From an uncultured archaeon (GTDB taxonomy: Archaea > Asgardarchaeota > Lokiarchaeia > Sigyniarchaeales > SOKP01), in contig CAZOYD010000091.1 of assembly GCA_964583985.1 (NCBI GenBank), positions 1 to 11,067 on the forward strand: a stretch of DNA of 11,067 nucleotides. The letters are read 5' to 3'. Within the stretch, counting starts at the first letter, position 1, and the number at the start of each line of letters is the position of its first letter. The notes below the pieces were generated by a model. The model was not told where the DNA came from. It saw nothing but the letters and a program-made list of their open reading frames with translations, and searched no databases. Shown in pieces: positions 1 to 8,606 of the stretch. The position numbers and the translations under genes were made by a program.

Positions 1-335
1 GGGAAGAAAGATTCCGATTTTTACTTCCAACTTATGTACGAGGTGCTCGAGGTGGTATTTTCATGTATGATATTACAAATTATTCATCAATAGCACATAT
101 TGATGATTGGCTAGCTGTAATAAAAAGAGAAATAAAAGCTGAAGATCCGTTTCCTATAATAGTTGCTGGAGGGAAGGCTGATTTATCCGAACATCGGGAA
201 GTTTCTGCGAGGGATGGGATTAAAATTGCCAAATCACGAGGAGTTGATGGTTTCATTGAATGTTCCAGTAAGAATGGAGAAAATGTTGATAAATTATTTG
301 AAGCTCTAACCAGATCGATGTTAAATGATTTTTAG
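1..335 (+). CDS. Ras-superfamily (Rab-like) small GTPase, 5' part outside the window
   Basis: The frame is open from base 3: EERFRFLLPTYVRGARGGIFMYDIT resembles the Rab switch II region (GQERFRxxxxxYYRGAxG..vYDIT). G4-like GGKADL, G5-like ECSSK and a final helix NVDKLFEAL are present. There is no C-terminal Cys motif. The ATG at 63 is internal. Confidence 0.93.
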   Translation, partial: EERFRFLLPTYVRGARGGIFMYDITNYSSIAHIDDWLAVIKREIKAEDPFPIIVAGGKADLSEHREVSARDGIKIAKSRGVDGFIECSSKNGENVDKLFEALTRSMLNDF

Positions 336-341
336 TTCTAA

Positions 342-1229
342 TTATTCAAGAACTTTTTCTTCTTTAGAATTTAATGCATCAGTTTTCATATCTACTTCGT
401 GAAGTTTTTTAATATCAGTTCTCCTACCTAGCACCATCGTTTGGAATTCAATATCTTTCTTATATTTACTTGAAAATTCTAGTAAAGTCTTGATCATTTT
501 TTTCTCATTTTCTTCATCTTTGATATTAATTCCCCCAAATATTGGGACTTCTGAGAAAGTTTCAGAAAGCTCTATTAAAAGTTCCTCAGATAATACGTCT
601 GCTCTATCTTTAATAGCCAAGTCTATAGTTTCCTTCAGATCTTGATATCGATCTTTCTTCCCAAATTGACAAGTTAAGCATTTAACAGCTCTATTTTTAA
701 GAATGTTTAACGTGATAATGCCAATTAAGTATTTGAAATTGAAAATAATTTTATCTTTATCTTCATTAGTTTGATAGTCAAATACGATTTTATCTGCAAT
801 GGAATAAAGACTCGCAAAATAGATTGCTCTTTCGAAATATACAGGATCGATGCAAAAGAGGCGAGTAAACCAAAAAGAACTTAAATTTTCTGGAGGATTT
901 TCTGATAATAAATAGAATACAATTCGGCCATCTCGTTCTTTATAGAGCGTATTTTCGTTCTTAAGCATGTTTAAATACGTAGAGATCGTAGAACGAGCAA
1001 TTTCCTTGAAATATTTTTTATATTCAAATTCTACATCTCTCGTAGTTACGTGTTTCTTTCCTTCAAAATAATATTTTAACATAATCCCTAAAATTCGACT
1101 TTCATGAAGCCTTCCCGTTTTTACACTTTGTTCTTCAGATTCATCCTCTCGAATATTATAGATATCAACCAACTCAGGAGCAACTTCCTGAATCAATTGT
1201 TCTAAAATATATATGTTTAGATCAGTAAT
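342..1229 (-). CDS. Winged helix-turn-helix protein (putative transcription regulator) with C-terminal helical domain containing CxxC; start uncertain (TTG 1196 or ATT 1229)
   Basis: ESRILGIM...TTRDVEFEY...IARSTISTYLNMLKNENTLYKERDGRIVFY follows a BlaI/CopY/Fur-like wHTH pattern (recognition helix plus wing). KCLTCQF lies downstream. The frame stays open upstream of 1196 until the TGA at 1235-1233. Confidence 0.7.
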   Translation of the reverse strand: MTDLNIYILEQLIQEVAPELVDIYNIREDESEEQSVKTGRLHESRILGIMLKYYFEGKKHVTTRDVEFEYKKYFKEIARSTISTYLNMLKNENTLYKERDGRIVFYLLSENPPENLSSFWFTRLFCIDPVYFERAIYFASLYSIADKIVFDYQTNEDKDKIIFNFKYLIGIITLNILKNRAVKCLTCQFGKKDRYQDLKETIDLAIKDRADVLSEELLIELSETFSEVPIFGGINIKDEENEKKMIKTLLEFSSKYKKDIEFQTMVLGRRTDIKKLHEVDMKTDALNSKEEKVLE

Positions 1230-1262
1230 TTTTCATTCTCTCCAATCATTGACGATCATTCT

Positions 1263-1301
1263 TATTTAAATTATTAAAAAAGCTGTAACTTTTTAATAAT
1301 T
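1263..1301 (-). promoter_or_regulatory. Putative TATA box plus adjacent 12-bp inverted repeat upstream of the wHTH gene
   Basis: Minus-strand TTTAAATA at 1270-1263. Perfect arms AATTATTAAAAA (1269-1280) and TTTTTAATAATT (1290-1301) are separated by 9 nt. Confidence 0.45.
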
Positions 1302-1397
1302 AGTGTTCGATTATATTAGAGAATCCGTGGAAATTGATTGAAATTCTTGTTGTTATTAAATATTTTTATGCTTTGATTGTAATATAAAAATTTATAA

Positions 1398-1415
1398 GAT
1401 AAAAAATAAAAAATA
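1398..1415 (-). terminator. Oligo-T archaeal terminator after the acyl-CoA ligase
   Basis: Minus-strand T runs about 25-40 nt downstream of the stop at 1440. Confidence 0.45.
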
Positions 1416-1439
1416 GGAATTAAAAGAGTTCTAATAGAT

Positions 1440-3269
1440 TTAAGAATTTTGATGCTTTTCTTTCCAGATTGGATCGTTAATTTGGAGGATCCTACGTTGC
1501 ACCTTACCAAGTACATTTTTGGGAACTTCAGGAATGAATTCAATTATAGCTGGACATTTCCATTTCGTCAAGTTTTCTGAAACCCAATCCATCAATTCTT
1601 GTTCCGTGATTTTACCAACATATTCTGGTTTTAATTCAACCCATGCCTTTGTAATCTCTCCAACTTTTCCAGCAGGATCAGGTAATCCAGAAACAGCAGC
1701 TTCTGAAACAGCTTCATGCTTCATTATCATGGATTCAACTTCTTTTGGAAAGACAGAGTGACCGGCAACTTTAATTAATTGTTTCTTACGATCCATAATT
1801 TCAATCGTGCCATCCTCATTCATAAAACCAATGTCTCCAGTTAATAACCATAGCTTTCCATCATACTTTTTGATCGTGTCTTCTGTTTCTTCCTTTTCAT
1901 TCAAGTATTCATACATTACCTGTGGACCATTAACGCAAATCTCACCAGTAAATTCATCACCAAAATTTTTGTCATTGGGATTTCCTAAACAAATAGGACC
2001 AGCACTAAAGTCATCAGTGGGCCAAATTCCCCATTGGGTTCCTGGAAAAGGCATTCCAATTGTCCCAAGAGGACTTTCACCAAACAAGCTTCCGGCACTC
2101 ACTACTGGAGTCGCTTCAGAAAGCCCGTATCCTTCAACTATTCGACCTCCTGTATTCTTTTCGAAAGCATCTCTAACGGGTGCATGAAGAGGACCCGCTC
2201 CCGAAACACTAAGCTTGAGCTTACCCATCAAATTTGGAAACTTTTCAAGATGCGGAAAATCAGCAATCCTTTTGAAAAGGATTTCCGCTCCTGCATATAA
2301 TAAGCCTTCAGGAGCATCGATTTCTTCAATATGTTCCAAGAGTTCTTCTGTGGCAGGTGGTGATGGGAACAAGAATATCCATCCTCCTAAAGCAACCGAA
2401 GCGAGCATAACTACGGTATGACCAAAGCTGTGGAAAAACGGAAGAACTCCTAGATTTCCGATGCCTGGATTTTCTCCTCCAAACCATGCTTGACATTGCA
2501 AAGCATTTGATACTACATTAAAGTGAGTTAATACAGCTGCTTTTGGCAATCCAGTGGTTCCTCCAGTCATAATATAAGTAGCAGGATGTGTTTTTACATC
2601 AATGTTTACTTTTGGCACGTTTGGTTCAGTGTCTAATAAAGTCATGAACTCATGTGCATCAGGTACTTCTACTTTCCCTTTAGGAATTTTTCCCAATAAT
2701 TTACCCAAGGTTTTCTTAAATCCTAACCCATGAGCTAAATCTGCTAAATTAGTAGAAATATAAACATCTATATTAGTTTTATCTAATATGGATCCTATGT
2801 ATGGTAGATTAAATTTGAGGCGACTTTTACTTTTTTCATCGAACATCGCATCATAGGCAATCAATACTTTTGCATTAGTCATTGTTAATTGATGTAGAAT
2901 TTCTAAAGGTTTATACGTGGGATTTACACCCGTGGCAATAGCTCCGATTTTCACTGCCGAAAAATAAGCAACAACGTATTGAATGCAATTTCCCATGAGT
3001 AACGCAACAACATCTCCTTTCTTAACGCCAAGATTATTAAGAGCTGTAGCAAATCGGTCAACATATCCTTGAAATTCTTCGTAAGTTACCTCCGTTTCTA
3101 AGAACCAAATGAATTTATCTTTAGCATATTTTTTCGCTTGCTTATCGAAAAATTCAGTTATCGTTATTTCTGGAAAATCGATATTCTTTGGAACACCTTC
3201 TGGCCACCATTTCTGGAACCAGCGTTTACTTTCATTTACTTGATATTTATCTTCTTTAACTATCGGAAT
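1440..3269 (-). CDS. fadD: Long-chain fatty acid--CoA ligase (FadD-like AMP-binding enzyme), about 609 aa
   Basis: ANL motifs: YIMTGGTTGLPKAAVLTH (P-loop), EGYGLSE, TGDIG, DRKKQLIK, PKNVLGKV. The frame extends 91 codons upstream of the ATG at 2996 with typical FadD N-terminal sequence (WWPEGVPKNIDFP...TYEEFQGYVDRFATALNNLGVKKGDVVALL) to ATT at 3269, preceded by SD-like GAGTGTGA. Confidence 0.93.
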   Translation of the reverse strand: MPIVKEDKYQVNESKRWFQKWWPEGVPKNIDFPEITITEFFDKQAKKYAKDKFIWFLETEVTYEEFQGYVDRFATALNNLGVKKGDVVALLMGNCIQYVVAYFSAVKIGAIATGVNPTYKPLEILHQLTMTNAKVLIAYDAMFDEKSKSRLKFNLPYIGSILDKTNIDVYISTNLADLAHGLGFKKTLGKLLGKIPKGKVEVPDAHEFMTLLDTEPNVPKVNIDVKTHPATYIMTGGTTGLPKAAVLTHFNVVSNALQCQAWFGGENPGIGNLGVLPFFHSFGHTVVMLASVALGGWIFLFPSPPATEELLEHIEEIDAPEGLLYAGAEILFKRIADFPHLEKFPNLMGKLKLSVSGAGPLHAPVRDAFEKNTGGRIVEGYGLSEATPVVSAGSLFGESPLGTIGMPFPGTQWGIWPTDDFSAGPICLGNPNDKNFGDEFTGEICVNGPQVMYEYLNEKEETEDTIKKYDGKLWLLTGDIGFMNEDGTIEIMDRKKQLIKVAGHSVFPKEVESMIMKHEAVSEAAVSGLPDPAGKVGEITKAWVELKPEYVGKITEQELMDWVSENLTKWKCPAIIEFIPEVPKNVLGKVQRRILQINDPIWKEKHQNS

Positions 3270-3415
3270 TTTAAATCACACTCTAGCGATATAACAAATT
3301 AAGTTCTCCTAATCCTTCATCACTATTATTATTTTCGTGATAAAATTGATTGATGTTGATCAACGGAAATTTTAAAAATTAAAATGCTCAGAAGCATCTT
3401 AGAAATGAATAATTT

Positions 3416-3447
3416 AAAAAAATAAAAAAAGAGAAAAATAAAAAAAA
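3416..3447 (-). terminator. Oligo-T terminator after the surface protein gene
   Basis: Several minus-strand T5-T7 runs about 20-50 nt after the stop at 3466. Confidence 0.55.
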
Positions 3448-3465
3448 GATTTGAATTGTTAAAAC

Positions 3466-5520
3466 TTAAAACCTTGCATCCTTACGTCGCTTTATTAAGA
3501 TGGTCCCAACACCAACTAAACCTATACCAGCAATCAATAGAATTAAAGCCCAAAAACCTTGAGCTTCAAAAACCATGTAGACACTGAAGGTTGGATCATG
3601 CCAAATACCATTTCCATTCTCGAACATTGGGAAACAAACAGCATATGCAGCCACGTTAAAGCTGACATTTAGCGCGATATCCGTTGCAAAAGTTGTGAAT
3701 TGATGTGTGTTATTTTGGAAGGTATCATGTCTTTCAACTTCTGCATTGTATAGGGCTACCGGAATGATGCTACTCGATGCTGGAGCGGTTGTACTCGTAC
3801 CTTCGGCACCATATAAATAATCTGGACCAGCAATATCTACGAATTCTAATTCATGACTGCCAAATGCGCCTCCGAGATAATTTCCTACTTGTAGAGAATG
3901 TGTTTGATTGTTATAATCATCAGCAGGATCTAATAAAGACGTTGGATCTGCGGGATTTTCTCCTAATACCGCAACATTCAAGTGGAAGTGAAGCATCGTA
4001 GAAAGATAGATGATAGCTAAATTTAAGTTAGTGATATTATTATGTGCTCCAGATCCTCCATTCCAAGGTGAAAAGAATTCATCCAGCTTGATTGGTGCAG
4101 CTAATACACCAGGTGCGACTTCTTTTGGTTGAAATGAAAATCCAAAGTGAATATATCCCAATGTTTCATTAGTAGCACCTAAGTATGACTCTAAATCCAC
4201 ACCTACTGGAACAGGCGTAATCATTACATCATTCATTGTTAAACCCCAAGAAATCTTGTTCGTTCCTGTTTGATGAGGGAGTTCAAATTCAAAGTCACCC
4301 ACAGTTCCCAAGACAATGCGGTGAGTCACTTCAGAACTTTGAGGTACCTGGGCTGGAACATCATTGATTAGAATTGATGAATTGACATATTTGGTTGAAA
4401 GCATGCCATCTTTATTTGTATCATTATACAAGAACGCACCAGCTAAGTGATGGGTAAATAAATAAAATTCAATGTCTACTCCTCTAAATATATTGGCAAT
4501 ATTTACAGGTTCACTACCCCCTCCTCCAATCAAGTCGATTATTTCAGCGGCATCAATGTGGATTTCGAAATTCTTGATCCATAATTGAATCAGATCAAAT
4601 GTAAATGAAGTCCACAAGGTCTCAACTAAAGAAGCCTCATCAGTTGGTCGTAAGAGCCATTCCATGTAGCTATCTTTATGAGCTTTGGCTGTAACATTCC
4701 ATGAGGTTAACATTTCTTCAGCTCCACTTACTAACGTATCATTTAACACAGCATCATTTGATCTAATCTTATTATCTGTATCAGTTACCCTCCAAGTTTT
4801 CGTCACATCAAATCCAGTGCCTGGGATGATATTCATGCTTTGCCAAGTAATTGGATTTAAGGCAAACAACTCGTCACCAGTAAAGATATCATTAATATGA
4901 ATCAAGAACCATGTAAGAACCTCAACACCTTCGCTAATCAATTCCTTTGGAACAGTCTGAGTTTCAAAATTATAACTCATAAATTTGTTGAAAAAATCTA
5001 TTAACTTTTCCACAGCTCTGATGAAAGATTTATCTTGATCATAAATTAAAAGAGTAACACCAGCACCTACGGTAATAGAATAATTAGCTTGACCTTCTTT
5101 TTTAACTTCACAATAAGCACTTCCATGCCCAGCGATTGCGGATTGATTATAATTAGCAGGTGGTAGATAATATTCAGATTGAGCAGTTCCGTAATCTTTA
5201 GTCCCATTATGAGTCTCTTCGGAGAATGCACTGAGAACGTAAACTCCAGGTATTACTTCTTTATCAGTGAAGTTCGTTAACGTTTCCATAAAGAGCATTT
5301 CAAATACTTTTCCGATTATATTACCCCCATAACCTAATGATCCAAATACACCCCCTAATGATCCAAAAGCACCAGCAAGTGCTTCAGGAGTCCCAATATT
5401 TACTTGATTGTAATCGATACCATCATCATGTTCATAACCAGCAGCCATAACAGGCGTCGCCATTACTGAAGCGACCAGCAAGGTTATTACCATTACTGAT
5501 TTAAAACTAATTTTTTTCAT
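3466..5520 (-). CDS. Secreted, C-terminally membrane-anchored cell-surface glycoprotein (684 aa), function unknown
   Basis: Sec signal peptide (MKKISFKSVMVITLLVASVMATPVMAA). C-terminal TM helix plus basic tail (FWALILLIAGIGLVGVGTILIKRRK). I count 13 N-x-S/T sequons. DxNxDG Ca-binding-like loop (DTNKDG). SD-like GTGA upstream. Confidence 0.85.
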   Translation of the reverse strand: MKKISFKSVMVITLLVASVMATPVMAAGYEHDDGIDYNQVNIGTPEALAGAFGSLGGVFGSLGYGGNIIGKVFEMLFMETLTNFTDKEVIPGVYVLSAFSEETHNGTKDYGTAQSEYYLPPANYNQSAIAGHGSAYCEVKKEGQANYSITVGAGVTLLIYDQDKSFIRAVEKLIDFFNKFMSYNFETQTVPKELISEGVEVLTWFLIHINDIFTGDELFALNPITWQSMNIIPGTGFDVTKTWRVTDTDNKIRSNDAVLNDTLVSGAEEMLTSWNVTAKAHKDSYMEWLLRPTDEASLVETLWTSFTFDLIQLWIKNFEIHIDAAEIIDLIGGGGSEPVNIANIFRGVDIEFYLFTHHLAGAFLYNDTNKDGMLSTKYVNSSILINDVPAQVPQSSEVTHRIVLGTVGDFEFELPHQTGTNKISWGLTMNDVMITPVPVGVDLESYLGATNETLGYIHFGFSFQPKEVAPGVLAAPIKLDEFFSPWNGGSGAHNNITNLNLAIIYLSTMLHFHLNVAVLGENPADPTSLLDPADDYNNQTHSLQVGNYLGGAFGSHELEFVDIAGPDYLYGAEGTSTTAPASSSIIPVALYNAEVERHDTFQNNTHQFTTFATDIALNVSFNVAAYAVCFPMFENGNGIWHDPTFSVYMVFEAQGFWALILLIAGIGLVGVGTILIKRRKDARF

Positions 5521-5787
5521 AATATTTGATCACATTTTCAAATTAAAATTTGATCTTATAAATATAGATTTATCTCGGGTTTTTAATGATTTATATTCTA
5601 ATCAAATAGAAAATCTGAAATCATCGATCTTTTGACATTGTTCGTCTACAATACTCCTGCAATCACCATCTATCACATGTAATGGAATACTTTTTCCCCA
5701 TTATATCAAGAATGTAAATGCTTGATGAAGAATCATTAATTTTCGTAATAATATATATCTATTACTATCCAATTCTTAAAGAAATGT

Positions 5788-6813
5788 TCATTCACTAGTT
5801 AGAAACGTGTACACGAGGATAAAAATATAAATGATCGCTGTGAGAATCAAGCTCCAAACTCTTAAAAACTCAGAAATCTCTGCGTTCGAGAATACGACAT
5901 TTGAACCTATGAAGACTATCGCAACTAAATATCCCAAGAAATGCCCCTTGAAACCCTTATTCTTTGATTTTCCCGCAACATAATTTACAATGGATGTAAA
6001 TATGATAATAACGAAACCAGCAAAATAAAACACGTCCATGATGTCATAATTATACAAACCTAAGTATCGATTCACATCCATGTATAAAAATAACCCAAAT
6101 AGAAATAGCTCCAAAAATTTAACTTTCCAGAATTTCTGCTTTTTAGAGGGATTGAATGTATAAAATTGTTCATAATCGCTTATTCCATTGTTTGAAAACA
6201 ATATAAATAACGATCCAATCGCTAAGGCGGTAAATAATGAGTAAGAAAATATGAAAAGATATGGTAGAATCTTTATCCATATCTCATTCCATAAGAAAAA
6301 TGATAAATTCAGATATTGATGGATGATACTAATAGTACAAAAAATAGGGACTATCGCAAAAATAACCATTAAAAATTTAGTGAAAAAAGATACTGATGTG
6401 TCTTCCTCCCAATCTTCCCTCTTATATGTTGATAAACGCCAAGCAAATGATGCAAAACTAAGTATAGAGATTATAGGCGTGATAAGAGGGAATATAAATA
6501 TAAATAGGAGATATATGGCATTTATTCCATAGAAAAATTTCATTCGGGACGGAACCACGTCTATTTTTTCACTAAAAGAATCAAGTGAATTCGCAAGTCT
6601 ATTAGCAAATAAAATTAAGAAAAACACCCAAGAAATTCCATATACTAGTGGAATTATTATTTTAATCATCCAAAAATTCAAGACCGGATCAGTAGAATAC
6701 CACAAACTAAAATCAACTAAATCATAAATCAAGAAAGTGCTAAGAGGCACCATTACAATTAAAATAAGCACTATTAATCGAGAAATTATTAATCCTTTTA
6801 CCTCTTTCGACAT
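5788..6813 (-). CDS. Polytopic membrane protein (about 9-10 TM helices), hypothetical
   Basis: 341-aa ORF of alternating hydrophobic segments and short charged loops. SD-like AGGTG lies 7 nt before the ATG. Confidence 0.8.
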   Translation of the reverse strand: MSKEVKGLIISRLIVLILIVMVPLSTFLIYDLVDFSLWYSTDPVLNFWMIKIIIPLVYGISWVFFLILFANRLANSLDSFSEKIDVVPSRMKFFYGINAIYLLFIFIFPLITPIISILSFASFAWRLSTYKREDWEEDTSVSFFTKFLMVIFAIVPIFCTISIIHQYLNLSFFLWNEIWIKILPYLFIFSYSLFTALAIGSLFILFSNNGISDYEQFYTFNPSKKQKFWKVKFLELFLFGLFLYMDVNRYLGLYNYDIMDVFYFAGFVIIIFTSIVNYVAGKSKNKGFKGHFLGYLVAIVFIGSNVVFSNAEISEFLRVWSLILTAIIYIFILVYTFLTSE

Positions 6814-6959
6814 GAACTTGCACCTTTCATTCTTGTTTTATATATATATAATTGTTAACCAATTTAAATGGTATTTTTTCCTTAATCCATGAAAGTGATA
6901 GTGCGCTCCGAATAGAAAAAATTAAAAAGAAAAATATGCAAAATTAGTTTTGATTTAGA

Positions 6960-7703
6960 TTAGTTCTTGGATCCACAATTCGTGCAGAATTGGTCATCTG
7001 AAGTTAACTTTGCTCCGCAATTGGTGCAATAGTCTGTACCAGTTCCACCCAACGTGGGTTCTGAGGATGCTTCACCTTTTTTCGATTTCTTTATCTTTGG
7101 AGCTTTATCTCCTTTTCCTCCCGGTTTATACTTCAAGCTTCCTATAAACCCCCCAAAGACCGCTCCAACGAGAGATCCTTCCAGTATTGATGTTCCAACA
7201 GCTAAGGCATAAGGTAAATCAGTGAGACCTGATGCTAACCCATCTATCACTCCTGCAATCATTGGACCCACCATGGGAATGAATGGAAGGATGAAGTAAA
7301 TGACAAGAGCAGGGATCACGTATCCAATACCTATAGCTAAACTCGTATGGATGCCTCCTCGTGGTGAGTGAGCAGAAATTGCACTTGTTATCGTACAACA
7401 CAATATCCAAGGTAATATAACCGAAATTAATAACATCACGTCATCAGGACGATAAAAAAGGCACCAATGAATTGGAAAGAGGAAAATCAGGATCAATCCA
7501 ATAAAAGCACCCCCTACTATTCCTATTATAGTACCTAAGCCTCCCATTAGCCCTCCTAATGCACCTAATGCATCATTTAAATTCGTAATTAATCCTCCCG
7601 TTATGGAACTGGTCAAATCAAGAAAAGAAAAGCTTATCCACGCCATGGGAATTAGACATAACATCCCGACACATCCGCTCCAACACACTCTACCGAATCC
7701 TAT
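6960..7703 (-). CDS. Gly-rich membrane protein (about 5-6 TM) with Lys-rich linker and C-terminal zinc ribbon
   Basis: C-terminal CTNCGAKLTSDDQFCTNCG (CxxC-x10-CxxC) and many GxxxG motifs. AGGTGA at 7715-7710 lies 6 nt before an in-frame ATA at 7703. The alternative start is GTG 7688. Confidence 0.82.
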   Translation of the reverse strand: MGFGRVCWSGCVGMLCLIPMAWISFSFLDLTSSITGGLITNLNDALGALGGLMGGLGTIIGIVGGAFIGLILIFLFPIHWCLFYRPDDVMLLISVILPWILCCTITSAISAHSPRGGIHTSLAIGIGYVIPALVIYFILPFIPMVGPMIAGVIDGLASGLTDLPYALAVGTSILEGSLVGAVFGGFIGSLKYKPGGKGDKAPKIKKSKKGEASSEPTLGGTGTDYCTNCGAKLTSDDQFCTNCGSKN

Positions 7704-7773
7704 ATCGAATCACCTAGTTTAATTAAAAAATTCAACAATTTATTATTGTTAATTTTATTACTTTTTGTATATA

Positions 7774-7815
7774 TTTATACAATAAGTATAATTTAAATCT
7801 ACTCATAAAATCGAT
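7774..7815 (-). repeat. 42-bp inverted repeat, copy 1 (candidate promoter/operator of the zinc-ribbon membrane gene)
   Basis: TTTATACAATAAGTATAATTTAAATCTACTCATAAAATCGAT is the exact reverse complement of 9251-9292. Confidence 0.95.
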
Positions 7816-7905
7816 GGTTTAATAAGATTAAGTCATTGGTAAGATCTGCTAACGTTATTTCGTTTATTGACAAATTAGAATAAAAATAAATAGTGAAATA
7901 AAATA

Positions 7906-8598
7906 TTATTTAATATTTTTGATTTCTCCTTTTTCCATTGTAACAACTTTATCAGCATATGTTGAAAGAGAACCTCTATGAGTCACTACAATAATGGTTG
8001 TTTCCATGTCCTTATTAATATGTTTTAATAAATCCATAACTTGTTTTTCAGATTCAGGATCAAGATTCCCGGTTGGTTCATCCGCTAAAATTACTCTAGG
8101 GCGATGTACAATCGCTCTTGCAAGGCCACACCTCTGTTTTTCTCCACCAGACATTTGAACAGGATAATGATCTTTTCTTTCCAGTAAATTAACATCTCTT
8201 AATGCGGCTATTGCTCGATTTTCTATCTCCTTTTCTCTTAATACTGTTGGCCAAAGTAAAGCTGAAACATTTTCGATAGCTGTTAATGTAGGAACTAAAT
8301 TGAAATCCTGAAATACAAATCCTATTTTTTGTCTACGAATCTTACTTAAACGATCTTCAGTAGCTCTTGCAATGTTTTCACCATCGAAAATAATCTTCCC
8401 TGAATCTGGTAAATCCAATCCGGATAAAACATTAAGTAAAGTACTCTTTCCGCATCCTGTGGGTCCTTGGACAATAACAAATTCTCCAGATTTAATTGTA
8501 AGATTAATATCAGCAAGAGCTCTTATTATTGCACCTGCTCTTCGATATTCCTTATTTACATCTATAGCTTCAATCATCGTATCTTTATCTATGGGCAT
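7906..8598 (-). CDS. ABC transporter ATP-binding protein, LolD/MacB/FtsE family
   Basis: Walker A GPTGCGKS, Q-loop IGFVFQDFNL, signature MSGGEKQR, Walker B ILADEPTGNLD, H-loop VTH. ATG 8598 follows SD-like GGAGAGTGA. The alternative start is GTG 8610, overlapping the permease stop. Confidence 0.95.
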   Translation of the reverse strand: MPIDKDTMIEAIDVNKEYRRAGAIIRALADINLTIKSGEFVIVQGPTGCGKSTLLNVLSGLDLPDSGKIIFDGENIARATEDRLSKIRRQKIGFVFQDFNLVPTLTAIENVSALLWPTVLREKEIENRAIAALRDVNLLERKDHYPVQMSGGEKQRCGLARAIVHRPRVILADEPTGNLDPESEKQVMDLLKHINKDMETTIIVVTHRGSLSTYADKVVTMEKGEIKNIK

Positions 8599-8606
8599 CT
8601 TCTTTC

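Noticed and set aside
1233-1235. Selenocysteine codon in the wHTH gene
   Set aside because: No redox motif or recognisable SECIS, and simpler explanations exist.
1316-2421. Short ORFs 1316-1543(-), 1519-1761, 1807-2187, 2034-2300, 2215-2421(+)
   Set aside because: Overlapping or antisense shadows of the acyl-CoA ligase, with no motifs.
5333-5367. 14-bp direct repeat CCTAATGATCCAAA at 21-bp period
   Set aside because: It encodes a small FGSLG duplication within the surface protein. Two copies only, so not a CRISPR or repeat array.
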